Source: Pseudomonas phage vB_PaeM_GXNNA8. From it: a DNA stretch of 64,000 nucleotides. The notes under the pieces are model-generated. The model searched no databases. It was not told the origin of the DNA and worked only from the letters and a program-made list of their open reading frames with translations. The stretch is from sequence record PV400810.1, one strand, 5' to 3'. Numbering within the stretch: position 1 is the first letter of the stretch; each line of letters starts with the position of its first letter. A program made the translations under genes and the position numbers. Shown here piece by piece: positions 10,257-19,660 of this stretch.

Positions 10257-13200
10257 TTACGGAAGCATTTCAGAAGAACGTAACCACGGGAGTTGACCTT
10301 CAGCATTCACCAAGCCTGACGACGCCGGGATGCAGTTCCCCCGTTTCGTCTCGGAGATCCGGTTCCCGTTAATCGTAAAGACATTAAACCGTTCAATGGT
10401 GAGGATCTGACGGTCATTCGTAACGGCTCGTCCGACCCACACAATAAACGGTGTCTCAGCTCGTTTCTCCAAAGTCACTTCGTAGCTCGCATTCCCGTTC
10501 TTAAGAACTGCGTACAAATAGAACGTCTTATTAGCGGGATTAGGGACTATTGCCGACAAATCCACGGAGATGGTCTTCAACGTGTAGTTCTGTCCGTTGA
10601 AGACCACCCTGAGTTCCGATTGGAAGAACAAGTACCAACCGGTAGCGGGGTAAACCGATCCCAACAAGGGGTTATTCACCGACCCTTCAAAGATCGTAGC
10701 GGCTCCCCCAGTGGAAACGTTGTACGCCATTTGGTTAGCTACCCCGTTATCCGGCGTAACGGTCTTGTGGTTAGCACCCCCACTTTGACCGGTAATACCA
10801 GGTATACATTCAGTCCACCGTTTCGTACTACGGTTCGTATACCGGAACGTCCCAAACGAGGTGAGTGAGTCTCCTGGACCTGCTGCAATGACCCCACTGT
10901 CAATAAAGCCTTCCAACTCGGTGGCACTCTTGAGGTAATACCCTACCCTCATCGCTCCCCCACCCGATGTGTTAGCTCCCCCGCCCAGGAAAGCATCCCA
11001 ACTCGCAGGTGTCAACCCAGTAGCACCCTGCGGATGGACACCATGCACCACATCCAGCACAGTATAATCACTGACCACTCGGGCATTGACGGGTCCGGTA
11101 TAAACCGGGTCGATGACCAAGATTGTCCAGTGACGAGACGTGGTGCCAGGTTCTCCGTAGTTGATGATCATTATCACCGGTAACCAACCGAACTTATCGG
11201 TCAGGAAACCAGTGGGATCACACAGCCCGATAAACATCGCGGGGGAGTTTCTACAGGCAGTCGGATTGGCGACATGGTTTACAAACCGAGCTGTAATGGA
11301 CGATGGGTAGAGAATAGTCCCCGTAGGTACCATGGTCATCGAACCATCCGGATTGATCTGCTGGGTATGTCCTGACATAACCTTGATGTCTTGAGGAAGA
11401 TTACCAGCGGGCCATTCCCCTTCTGCTTTCGACAGGTCTAGGTTCACTTTCTGCGTTCCCATACAGAAGGTGAATTCCCCCAAGTCTGTGTTGTACTGAT
11501 CCAACAGGTTAGAAGGAACTGTCACATAAGCTCCACCCACCTGAGGAGGTCCTTCCACTCGGAAGACCGCGTTACTCAGAGGACGAGAAACAACCTTGTT
11601 GAAGAAGAGGTTAGAGACTTCAGGACGCTCCGCTAACTTCCCAGGGGACTGCCGGTACCACAGTTGGTTGGTAATAACACTCGGTAGGGTATTGGTCCCC
11701 GCGGTATACACGTCCCCTCCATTACCCAACAAGAAGGAACGCGGTTTGATCGAGGAAGCAATCGGGCTGGTAATTTTCTCCGCAATGAGTTGCTGGTTTT
11801 CAATATCCCCTAAGTCGGTCATCCACGTCCGGTTCATGACGTCATACCGGGACTTGAACGACCTGGGTACTACGTAGAAGGCTGACCGGGGGAACGACTG
11901 ATAGGCACCATAGGACGCCACAATCGTCCCATCATCCAGCACTTCCATGCCTTGTTCCGAATCGTTGAACACCAATTGGTTAAGGCGGCGGTTTTTTGGG
12001 TCGCCAGAGGACGGAATGTTCAGGAAATCGATTTCCCTTCGAGGTGTTTGATGGAGGAGGGTCATCACACCGGTTTCAGGGTCCATCTCATACACCATCT
12101 CTAGCGGGAGGTCCCAGGTACCTATTACTCCAGGAACCACGTACCGCCCCCACCAGGCCGCCATAAAGCGTACCAGGTATTTACCCGGCTTGTTCGGAAT
12201 AGGGCACACCGCCGTTGGCTGAGAACGGTAAATCCCCGTAAAGGCGAGGTTACTGCTTTGTTTAAAGGTAAAGTAATACCGTTCCCAGGTATCATTGTTA
12301 TTCACCCGCCGATACCCCTGAGGGGTACACCACCGGAAGAACGGTGCGTTATTCCATTGAACACCGTCACCGTCTTTAAAGGTGGGGCGCACCAACGTAG
12401 CGGTTACCGGGATCTGGGCGTTGACATCACTGGTTCTAACCCGGTACAGGTACCGATACCGGTAATCCGTTACACCATCAGCTTGTTCTCCATTCTCCAC
12501 GTTGTGGGCGTGGAAGATGTAGATCCAGTTCCCCAGATACGCCACGCTCAAACTTCTGAACCAAGTATTCCAGGAGAAGTTCGGATTGCCATTCCAGGGA
12601 GCCTTTAGCGCATCCAGGTTAATGGGGGTGAGAATGTGTTTAGTGGGATCCAAGGTACCATTGGTCAACCCAATGTAAAACAAGTTCTTGCGAATATCCC
12701 CCAGCATAATGACTTCACGTCCACTCCCTTGGACAATCCGATCACATTCCGCATTATCCGCTAAGAGCAGAGGGTGGGAATAGCGGTAACTGGTATAGAC
12801 TAACCGGGGGTTGGTATAGGGATCTTCCAGAACCGAGTAATACAGTCCGTCAATACGACCATCCATTCGGTTAGACAGAAAGACGATGCTGCCATCTGCT
12901 TCCATGGTAATGGCTGCACATTCACTCTTACCCCCCAAGCCTTCAAAGGATCCATCAATAGACGGGGGAATGAAGTTCGTGTTACCGAATTGAGCAATGG
13001 GAAGTTTACCGTTCTCAATGAAGTCCTTGGGATTAAAGCCATAGTGGTCAATAATGGCTTGAAGTCCCGATACCGTGAGGTGACGGTCACGTCTACCTTC
13101 CAAGGCACCGGAAGCGGTAGCGGTGGGGAAGTTGTCTACTTTCTCCAATCCCACTTGCAAGGCCGTCAGTCCGTGGCTGTTATAACTCGCTTTATGACGA

Positions 13201-13811
13201 GCCAAGAAATCAGCCAGTGACTTCTTGTAAATCCCCAGGTAATGATTGAACAGTTCAAACGCATGGTCAATCTTAATCTGAAGGTACGGTTTCCCATGCG
13301 TTTCAACCGCGTCAGAGATCATCCCCAAGACTTCAACAAAGTCACCAAAGGCCATGATGTCGTAGAGTAGGCTGTGAGTATGCCACTCCGGTGGGAAGAC
13401 CACGGGTTTGTTCTTGATGTTCTCCCACCAGACCGGACGGTCATCTTCAGAGGCGGCAATCACCATGTGGAGCAGGGTGGTATCAAACAGGCTGAATTCC
13501 CCTACCACATCGTAATCCAACTTCCCTTCGGTAATCGTAGGGTCCAGCAGTTCGATCATACACGCAACTTTCTGAGCGGTGAGTTCCGTCAACCGAGGCA
13601 TCAAGCGATAAATACGGTACTGGGACTCGTCCATGGGTTGACCGTTCGGGAACGTCACTTTCAGGCTGTCTACAAAGAACGGACTGTGGATAGGCACAAT
13701 AATCCGGGACCAGATTCCTGGATCGACTTTAAACGGTTCACCTCGAATTTGGTTCTCCAGGTTATTGTGAACAATATCGGTTTTGTATTCCCGGACGATT
13801 GGAAAATGCAT
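10257..13811 (-). CDS. tail fibre/spike-like protein, paralog 2 (1184 aa)
   Basis: Paralogous to 6620-10201 through FIPPSIDGSFEGLGG, TNGTLDP, an N-domain with PPEWHTH and NFPTATASG, and a C-terminal ...SSEMLP. Confidence 0.5.
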   Translation of the reverse strand: MHFPIVREYKTDIVHNNLENQIRGEPFKVDPGIWSRIIVPIHSPFFVDSLKVTFPNGQPMDESQYRIYRLMPRLTELTAQKVACMIELLDPTITEGKLDYDVVGEFSLFDTTLLHMVIAASEDDRPVWWENIKNKPVVFPPEWHTHSLLYDIMAFGDFVEVLGMISDAVETHGKPYLQIKIDHAFELFNHYLGIYKKSLADFLARHKASYNSHGLTALQVGLEKVDNFPTATASGALEGRRDRHLTVSGLQAIIDHYGFNPKDFIENGKLPIAQFGNTNFIPPSIDGSFEGLGGKSECAAITMEADGSIVFLSNRMDGRIDGLYYSVLEDPYTNPRLVYTSYRYSHPLLLADNAECDRIVQGSGREVIMLGDIRKNLFYIGLTNGTLDPTKHILTPINLDALKAPWNGNPNFSWNTWFRSLSVAYLGNWIYIFHAHNVENGEQADGVTDYRYRYLYRVRTSDVNAQIPVTATLVRPTFKDGDGVQWNNAPFFRWCTPQGYRRVNNNDTWERYYFTFKQSSNLAFTGIYRSQPTAVCPIPNKPGKYLVRFMAAWWGRYVVPGVIGTWDLPLEMVYEMDPETGVMTLLHQTPRREIDFLNIPSSGDPKNRRLNQLVFNDSEQGMEVLDDGTIVASYGAYQSFPRSAFYVVPRSFKSRYDVMNRTWMTDLGDIENQQLIAEKITSPIASSIKPRSFLLGNGGDVYTAGTNTLPSVITNQLWYRQSPGKLAERPEVSNLFFNKVVSRPLSNAVFRVEGPPQVGGAYVTVPSNLLDQYNTDLGEFTFCMGTQKVNLDLSKAEGEWPAGNLPQDIKVMSGHTQQINPDGSMTMVPTGTILYPSSITARFVNHVANPTACRNSPAMFIGLCDPTGFLTDKFGWLPVIMIINYGEPGTTSRHWTILVIDPVYTGPVNARVVSDYTVLDVVHGVHPQGATGLTPASWDAFLGGGANTSGGGAMRVGYYLKSATELEGFIDSGVIAAGPGDSLTSFGTFRYTNRSTKRWTECIPGITGQSGGANHKTVTPDNGVANQMAYNVSTGGAATIFEGSVNNPLLGSVYPATGWYLFFQSELRVVFNGQNYTLKTISVDLSAIVPNPANKTFYLYAVLKNGNASYEVTLEKRAETPFIVWVGRAVTNDRQILTIERFNVFTINGNRISETKRGNCIPASSGLVNAEGQLPWLRSSEMLP

Positions 13812-13821
13812 AACCGGCTCC

Positions 13822-14565
13822 TTAATTAAGGTTCAGCGTACCCGCAGCCAGTCGACGGAGGGCTTCCTTCATAACGGCTACAGTGACGACGAGGTTGTCC
13901 GAATTGCCCGTGATATCATTGACCGTGGCTTTGCCCAAGTTCTCTACATTGTCGAGACCCAGCATTCCCTTATCCGCCCTGTGGGCTTGCGCCAAGTCAG
14001 CCGCTAGGTGTTGTTCCAACAGGGTCTTCAAGGTCGTTGGGGAATCGGAGGTGGTTTGGGTAACCGCTAAGATCAGATCACGCAGGTAATCCATCATCTG
14101 AGCAAAATCATAGACCTGGGCAGCCGGCTGTTCATGAGGATCCGAAGGGAACTCGGTCGGGACATTGACCAGGTTCTCCCAGAGGGCTTCCCGGGGGCTG
14201 TTAATGATGTTGGCTACCAAGGTAGCGTACGCCACATCATCCAACACGAACGGTCCACCAATGGTGTCATATTCCCCCATCAGGACCACTTCAACCGGTT
14301 TCAGCAGAATCACGGAACTGTACACGTTCTTCTGATAGGTCTTAATAAACCGTTGGAAAGGATGACCAAAGATGAAGTCTTGTCCCGGAAGGAGTGGTTG
14401 GTTACTCCCTTGACGGTACAGTTTGAAGTTGTGGGCAAAGAAAGGAGCCGCACGGGGAACGAACTCGACGCGGTTGAGATTACCGGAGGTTTTAATGGTT
14501 TCGTTCGTTACTCTGCAATCTACACGTTCTTGGAAGGGGTTCCAACCATAGACGATGTTCGCCAT
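13822..14565 (-). CDS. N-domain-only paralog of the fibre proteins (247 aa); fibre-family/baseplate-associated protein
   Basis: Shares with the N-termini of both giant paralogs the motifs GWNPF..APFF, VNVPTEFPSDPHEQ (compare VVFPPEWHTH and PPTLPPEYHLH) and LGLDNVENLGKAT (compare LEKVDNFPTAT and LGNLDNFATAT). Confidence 0.5.
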   Translation of the reverse strand: MANIVYGWNPFQERVDCRVTNETIKTSGNLNRVEFVPRAAPFFAHNFKLYRQGSNQPLLPGQDFIFGHPFQRFIKTYQKNVYSSVILLKPVEVVLMGEYDTIGGPFVLDDVAYATLVANIINSPREALWENLVNVPTEFPSDPHEQPAAQVYDFAQMMDYLRDLILAVTQTTSDSPTTLKTLLEQHLAADLAQAHRADKGMLGLDNVENLGKATVNDITGNSDNLVVTVAVMKEALRRLAAGTLNLN

Positions 14566-14680
14566 TAGAATTTCTCCAAAGTCAATAAATGAGACATTTT
14601 ATGATTAATCCCCTAGAGAGTATAGTACCCATAGGGCCTGTAGGGTAGATTTCATAGAATCGTTAAGGAGTTGAACCCCT

Positions 14681-15922
14681 ATGTACATCTATAAAAGGGC
14701 GGTTGGGATCAACCAAATCTTCCCCCGAGGAGAGGAATTGGTGGATATCGGTGAGATGACCACCAAGGAACTGGTGGCTACGTTTTGTGAATTAAAGATT
14801 GTGGTGAAAGATGGGTTGTATGGCCGGGATGTGGTCATTGACCTGGTAGACTATCATAACCAGTTCCTGTTGTTCGATGGGGTGATCCAACAGTGGTTAG
14901 ACACCCAGATCAATGTCCCCCTTAAGACCAGTAATACCCTCCCCGGCAGTGAGTACCGGTATGTAACAGCTCAAGACATCCAATACAAATGGTTTACCCT
15001 GTATCCTGGTGACGCTAAGATTGCCAATGATCGCCAGGAACACCTGGACGTTGCGAGCGCACCGGATATTCGGGTTATCAAGACCGATCGAACGGCGGTG
15101 GATTATAACGCCTTGGTTGAACGGGGGTTGTGGACAATCAATGGAGGGCATTTGGTACGAGCGGTGGCGGATGACCAGGCGGTGTACCTGTTGAACGGTG
15201 GGAAGCACTTCAATGTGAATGACAACATTCATGTGAACTACCTTAACTTCAATACCCTCTCTAAACTCAAGACCTACACCTTCCAAGAGACGGATATCGA
15301 CTTTGAGGATCACGACAGTTACAACTTCCTGCACGTACGGTCTCCAGTCAGTCTAAGGAATAAGACAGTCTGGATGAGTATTGGAGGTCGGTTGTACCTG
15401 AATGACGTGGTACAGGTAATGAGTGACCGTACCTTAACGCTGCGTACGGAGAAGGTGGATTGGTTTTCCGCCCTCTTTATTTCGAAATCGATGATCGACC
15501 TCAGTCGGATCATTGATCCAGAACGTGAAGTCGTGGATAAACGGTTCTTCAGTACAGAGAGCTTCTGGAAGACTCTGTTAACCGATCCCAGTACCTTCCT
15601 CATCGTACTGGATAATCCCAACCTGTATGTGTCCGTGGAGCCCATCACCACGTACCAGTATCCCTTCACCTACCACACCCATGAAACCCGTTCTATTCCC
15701 TTAATGGTCAGTAATGGCCTTATTCCCAAGTACTTCACTCGCAAAATCATCAACAGGAGACTTTTAGACATCGACCTAGGCATTCAACGTAAATTCCTCA
15801 ACAAGACCACCGGTATTACCAACGGTGGAAACCTTTATCACGGGTATACCAATCGCTTCGAACCCAGTTCGTTGTACAACGGTTACCACCTTTACATTCG
15901 AAGTGTTATTCAAGAGGATTGA
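14681..15922 (+). CDS. hypothetical protein (413 aa) immediately upstream of the spanin pair
   Basis: Plus-strand ORF ending 6 nt before the i-spanin start. No lysozyme or peptidase motif was recognised. Confidence 0.5.
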   Translation: MYIYKRAVGINQIFPRGEELVDIGEMTTKELVATFCELKIVVKDGLYGRDVVIDLVDYHNQFLLFDGVIQQWLDTQINVPLKTSNTLPGSEYRYVTAQDIQYKWFTLYPGDAKIANDRQEHLDVASAPDIRVIKTDRTAVDYNALVERGLWTINGGHLVRAVADDQAVYLLNGGKHFNVNDNIHVNYLNFNTLSKLKTYTFQETDIDFEDHDSYNFLHVRSPVSLRNKTVWMSIGGRLYLNDVVQVMSDRTLTLRTEKVDWFSALFISKSMIDLSRIIDPEREVVDKRFFSTESFWKTLLTDPSTFLIVLDNPNLYVSVEPITTYQYPFTYHTHETRSIPLMVSNGLIPKYFTRKIINRRLLDIDLGIQRKFLNKTTGITNGGNLYHGYTNRFEPSSLYNGYHLYIRSVIQED

Positions 15923-15928
15923 CCTGTT

Positions 15929-16420
15929 ATGAACCCAATACCGTTAGGAGGATCCATTATGACATGGATTAGAGACGTGATTCTGATATTGATTCTGGCG
16001 GTTGTCGCGTGGCAGGCCATTGTGCCACGTAACCCCACTATCAGTGTAGAAGCGGTTAATGGGATTCAACGCGTTACCAACCAGTTGCAACGGGTGGCTG
16101 ACAACATGGAAAACAATTCCAATGCCACAGCCGCCTTAACCCAAACCCTCGCCCGTCAGTTGGAACAGCGAACTGAAGAGGACAACTCAGGCTATGCAAA
16201 ACTACTTGAAAAATATGGGGTGGATGTTAATCTGTCTAGTATCCCTGATCCTAGTGGGATGCAGCAACAACCCCAAACTGTCCGAGACCAACTCAATCCT
16301 CCAGGTTCAAGCGGAGCAAGTAAGGATCAACACGTACCGGAAGCAAGTCCTGGCAGCTCAGGAAAGGCTGACCCAAGTGCTCCCTCAACTCAAGAACCCA
16401 CCCGCGGAGATGCCTCCTAG
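15929..16420 (+). CDS. i-spanin (Rz-like), candidate
   Basis: N-terminal transmembrane helix (WIRDVILILILAVVAWQAI) in type-II orientation, followed by a helical/coiled segment and a Pro/Ser-rich C-terminus. Its 3' end overlaps an out-of-frame lipoprotein gene. Confidence 0.55.
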   Translation: MNPIPLGGSIMTWIRDVILILILAVVAWQAIVPRNPTISVEAVNGIQRVTNQLQRVADNMENNSNATAALTQTLARQLEQRTEEDNSGYAKLLEKYGVDVNLSSIPDPSGMQQQPQTVRDQLNPPGSSGASKDQHVPEASPGSSGKADPSAPSTQEPTRGDAS

Positions 16421-16643
16421 TCAGTTAAGTAGTTTAACGACCTTTCTGCTGGAGTATGACTGCTTGGAGAAACCCTCTCGGGAGGCACGAGAGCTCTGTT
16501 ATCGAGTTACCCGGGTACTGCTGATCAATACGACCCGGGCGTTGGATGACAGCAACATGAAGTTATACGCCAGCCAGCGTACCATTTCACAGTTGATTGA
16601 TAACATCAATGTGTTAATTGAGAGTTTAGCTCTACCTGAATGA
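16194..16643 (+). CDS. o-spanin (Rz1-like) outer-membrane lipoprotein, candidate
   Basis: SPII signal with lipobox (MGWMLICLVSLILVGC|S). It starts in a different frame inside the 3' part of the i-spanin gene (overlapped architecture) and carries further Cys and Pro residues. Confidence 0.55.
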   Translation: MQNYLKNMGWMLICLVSLILVGCSNNPKLSETNSILQVQAEQVRINTYRKQVLAAQERLTQVLPQLKNPPAEMPPSQLSSLTTFLLEYDCLEKPSREARELCYRVTRVLLINTTRALDDSNMKLYASQRTISQLIDNINVLIESLALPE

Positions 16644-16659
16644 CAGACGCGTGATAAAT

Positions 16660-16691
16660 CCTACCTGTAGCCCGCAAAGGCTACAGGTAGG
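16660..16691. terminator. bidirectional hairpin cctacctgtagcc-cgcaaa-ggctacaggtagg (13 bp perfect)
   Basis: Lies between the convergent o-spanin (+) and the membrane-protein gene (-). The ctacaggtagg core also occurs at 57740-57771. Confidence 0.6.
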
Positions 16692-16704
16692 ATTCCTATT
16701 GGGT

Positions 16705-17163
16705 TTATTCTGTCTTGGGCTTAGGCGCAATGATCTCAGCCACCTTGGTTCTCATTTTGTTACTAAACCCCGATTGAGACATAATAGTCTTTAAGGTACC
16801 GTTAACGTTCATCCACCCCCATGCACAGATCACCGGCCCCACCATCATGATGAACATACTCATCTCACTGGGCCATTTACCATTGGTGGTTACTGACAGG
16901 TAAATAGTAAACGAGTTAATCAGTGCCGTTAAACACACCACCAACACGGAAAGGATACCACCGAGGTTAATCAACAATACTTTCCATTTACCAAAGATCT
17001 CCCGTTCCACTCCTCCTTCAACAGGAGGAGAATTGGCGGGTAGCTCTGGGTCATCGTCTTGAGTTGTTTCAGTCATACGTTCACCTCTCTGAGACACCGT
17101 AATGCCGGGCGATCTGCTCACACCGATAGAGGCCGATAGCGACACTGTCAGCGGAGTGCTCAT
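16705..17163 (-). CDS. small membrane protein (2 predicted TM helices); holin is only a possibility
   Basis: Hydrophobic stretches VLLINLGGILSVLVVCLTALINSF and FIMMVGPVICAWGWM with an acidic N-terminus. It is convergent with the spanins. Confidence 0.4.
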   Translation of the reverse strand: MSTPLTVSLSASIGVSRSPGITVSQRGERMTETTQDDDPELPANSPPVEGGVEREIFGKWKVLLINLGGILSVLVVCLTALINSFTIYLSVTTNGKWPSEMSMFIMMVGPVICAWGWMNVNGTLKTIMSQSGFSNKMRTKVAEIIAPKPKTE

Positions 17164-17671
17164 CCAGAACCGTCAAATCAATCTCACCAGCGTCTAACCA
17201 CGGATAGTCCATCACCCCTTTATGAACATCCTCCTTCTTACTCCCACTGAAATCTGCACCCACCACGGCTTTAGCTAAACGAGGGAGGAGATACGACAAA
17301 TGAATACCGTGGGTAACGAAGGTTTCACGTAACAAGGAGACCACTTGAATCAACTGCTTAAATGTAAGCGGAGACATACCGAGGAAGTTATCCTCACAGA
17401 TCCCACTGTCGGGTTCGAAGATAGCTAACAGTTGACTTAAACTGCGCGCCATACCGTAACTTCTTGCCGCAATACCAGTGTCCGCGCGATCATCAAATTG
17501 TGCTGGAATGTCAAACAACAACTTATTACCAAAGATCGTGTTCGCGTAAATCAACTTAAACGGTTCAGCTTTAGCAATATTGATGTCGAAGACACTCACC
17601 CCCATACAGGTAGTGGACGGATCTATGGCTAAGACCCGTACACTATCAGAGGGCTTTAGGACGCAAAGCAC
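17081..17671 (-). CDS. RuvC-family Holliday junction resolvase
   Basis: N-terminal AIDPSTTCMGVSV, matching the RuvC/YqgF GIDPG...G catalytic Asp motif. It also has FEPDSGICED and a C-terminal DEHSADSVAIGLY, matching the RuvC D-x-x-DA-A-A motif. Confidence 0.6.
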   Translation of the reverse strand: MLCVLKPSDSVRVLAIDPSTTCMGVSVFDINIAKAEPFKLIYANTIFGNKLLFDIPAQFDDRADTGIAARSYGMARSLSQLLAIFEPDSGICEDNFLGMSPLTFKQLIQVVSLLRETFVTHGIHLSYLLPRLAKAVVGADFSGSKKEDVHKGVMDYPWLDAGEIDLTVLDEHSADSVAIGLYRCEQIARHYGVSER

Positions 17672-18288
17672 ACGTAACAGGCGGGGTGGGCGTAGGGTAG
17701 GTAAATCACCACGATGAACTCAGACACAAGATCATTCAACATGAACTTGGACGGAGCCCATTGGGCGTCACCACGATATGCCACGTGGAATGCCGTCACA
17801 GAGCGTGGAAGGTCCGCACTCCAGTTATTGGTCCACCGACCACCCGCAATGTTGTACTGATTCAACAGAGTGGCCATCCGTTTGGCATAATCCATCGGAT
17901 CAGGGGTCATGGGCGGCGGCGCGTCGGTAATATACCGCAGCCAATCCAGCTCTGTGACGCTCCCCACAAACTCCGGTGGACCCGCCCAGATGATGTTCTC
18001 ATCGGCATTCACGACCGCCGCCATGGGATTGACCAGGGTGGTGTCGTCCAGCGGCTTACGTGCAACACCCGCTTTGTTGACGAAATGCACCACAACCTCA
18101 CCCGTCACAGGGTCGAGCAGGTCCAGAATGACTTTATCACCATCAACGATGGCTTGGGCTTCCTTGAAGTCTTCCGGTTTCAGGGTGGTTTGATAGAAGG
18201 CGTTGGCTATCTCAATTGCCTGACCTGCCGTCATATTCTCAACCAGTGGAAGGTGAACTTCTCCTTTTAGTATGGCTGGGATTTCCAT
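17656..18288 (-). CDS. hypothetical protein (210 aa)
   Basis: Natural amino-acid composition. The antisense ORFs 17761-18270 and 17909-18193 are Arg/His-rich artefacts. Confidence 0.5.
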   Translation of the reverse strand: MEIPAILKGEVHLPLVENMTAGQAIEIANAFYQTTLKPEDFKEAQAIVDGDKVILDLLDPVTGEVVVHFVNKAGVARKPLDDTTLVNPMAAVVNADENIIWAGPPEFVGSVTELDWLRYITDAPPPMTPDPMDYAKRMATLLNQYNIAGGRWTNNWSADLPRSVTAFHVAYRGDAQWAPSKFMLNDLVSEFIVVIYLPYAHPACYVCFAS

Positions 18289-18291
18289 GGG

Positions 18292-19239
18292 TCAGTTTCC
18301 TTGTCCAGTTGGGGGTTGAGTTGAATTGGTATGCAAGAGCATGGGTGCGCTTGCACCGTGGTCAAACGCAAGCTGGATCTTGATGTTAGAGAGCGCATTG
18401 CGGCCATCACGTTCAGTCATGTAGTGGGCAAAGACTGCACTCATGACCTCGGTATACTGGATAGTCGCGCCTCCAGCAATCTCCCCACGGAATTGAGTAT
18501 CAATCCCATAAGCAACACCCACTTCGTTAATGGATGCGTATCCCGCATCCCCGTAGTAGATTTTGCAGGCTTGTGAAATCTCACGCAAATCAGATTGAGT
18601 CAACGAACAGTCCAAAATAGCCGAACTGTTAATGTACTCATTGCTGACAGGAATGTTACCCTCACTGGTAAAGTCAACCGGTTGTGGGTTATCCAGGTCG
18701 TCTTTACGGTGAATGTAAGGTTTAACATCCTCCAGACCGGTTACAGGATCACGAGTGATCTTGTTTTCGGTTGGATTATAGTTATCGAAATTAACCAACT
18801 TCAACCAATAGAACTCGTAAGGAATACCGTTTCTAGCCTCCACGGTCCTCATACGAAACTTCTCGCGGTTAAGGTTGTCCAAAGGGGCGTCCAAAGGACG
18901 TGCAATAAAGGGAACGGGTGTAAACAGGTTCATGTCAATCGGTTGGTGTTGGTTCACCTTCAATCGACTGACCCCCCGACTGTCTTTACCATCACAGTTG
19001 GATCCCCTTACACCAATCCCGAAATACTTCAAGTAGAAATCTCGGGAATTCTTACTTCCCAGGGATTCTTCAGCCAGAATACCATAATGCTCATTGAGCG
19101 TGGTGTACTTGGGAATGGTAATCGGTTGACCAGTGACGATACATTTCGCGATCAGATTACCCATGGAGGTATTCGTGGTCGTCTGAGCGGGAACCTCAGA
19201 TCGATTCTGATCCTGGAGTTCATTAGCAGAAAGTGCCAT
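18292..19239 (-). CDS. hypothetical protein (315 aa)
   Basis: ORF 3 nt downstream of the previous gene. No motif was recognised. Confidence 0.55.
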   Translation of the reverse strand: MALSANELQDQNRSEVPAQTTTNTSMGNLIAKCIVTGQPITIPKYTTLNEHYGILAEESLGSKNSRDFYLKYFGIGVRGSNCDGKDSRGVSRLKVNQHQPIDMNLFTPVPFIARPLDAPLDNLNREKFRMRTVEARNGIPYEFYWLKLVNFDNYNPTENKITRDPVTGLEDVKPYIHRKDDLDNPQPVDFTSEGNIPVSNEYINSSAILDCSLTQSDLREISQACKIYYGDAGYASINEVGVAYGIDTQFRGEIAGGATIQYTEVMSAVFAHYMTERDGRNALSNIKIQLAFDHGASAPMLLHTNSTQPPTGQGN

Positions 19240-19247
19240 GGTAATTC

Positions 19248-19646
19248 CTATTTAAAAGCCATCGAAAAGGAGTGCTTAAAGCGCATAGAATCCGTGGAAC
19301 AGATCACTGTTACGCGGTCTCCAATAATGAGTTTACCCACGTCCTGGGGCAGCAGGGATTCGTTCGTATGGGTATTAAACCAAGCGCTGATCATCTCAGC
19401 GTTAATATCAGAACGGTGGAGTTTAAGACTGCTGTCAAGGTCCAGGGAACGATTCAGGGTGTGGGGTGTCAAACTGATGCGTTCGTGCTCATACCGTGTG
19501 CAAGGGATGCCGTCCCCGTGAAGGATGAACATCGCATTGAGGGTGGTGGGATTACGGCCTTGATATTCAATGTTCAAGGCCGTTGCTTTATCTAACCCGT
19601 GAAGACGACAAAAAGACTCCTTAATGAGTCTCAACTCTTTGGTCAT
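19248..19646 (-). CDS. hypothetical protein (132 aa)
   Basis: Tightly packed between neighbouring genes. Confidence 0.45.
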   Translation of the reverse strand: MTKELRLIKESFCRLHGLDKATALNIEYQGRNPTTLNAMFILHGDGIPCTRYEHERISLTPHTLNRSLDLDSSLKLHRSDINAEMISAWFNTHTNESLLPQDVGKLIIGDRVTVICSTDSMRFKHSFSMAFK

Positions 19647-19660
19647 TAGACTCTTCTCCT

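Noticed and set aside
14681-15922. The 413-aa protein upstream of the spanins as the endolysin
   Set aside because: Position suggests it, but no glycoside hydrolase, amidase or peptidase catalytic motif is recognisable by eye. It is left as hypothetical.
17761-18270. 169-aa and 94-aa plus-strand ORFs
   Set aside because: They lie antisense to the 210-aa minus-strand gene and are Arg/His-rich.
18595-19521. 308-aa plus-strand ORF
   Set aside because: It lies antisense across two well-packed minus-strand genes and spans their intergenic junction. The composition is artefactual.
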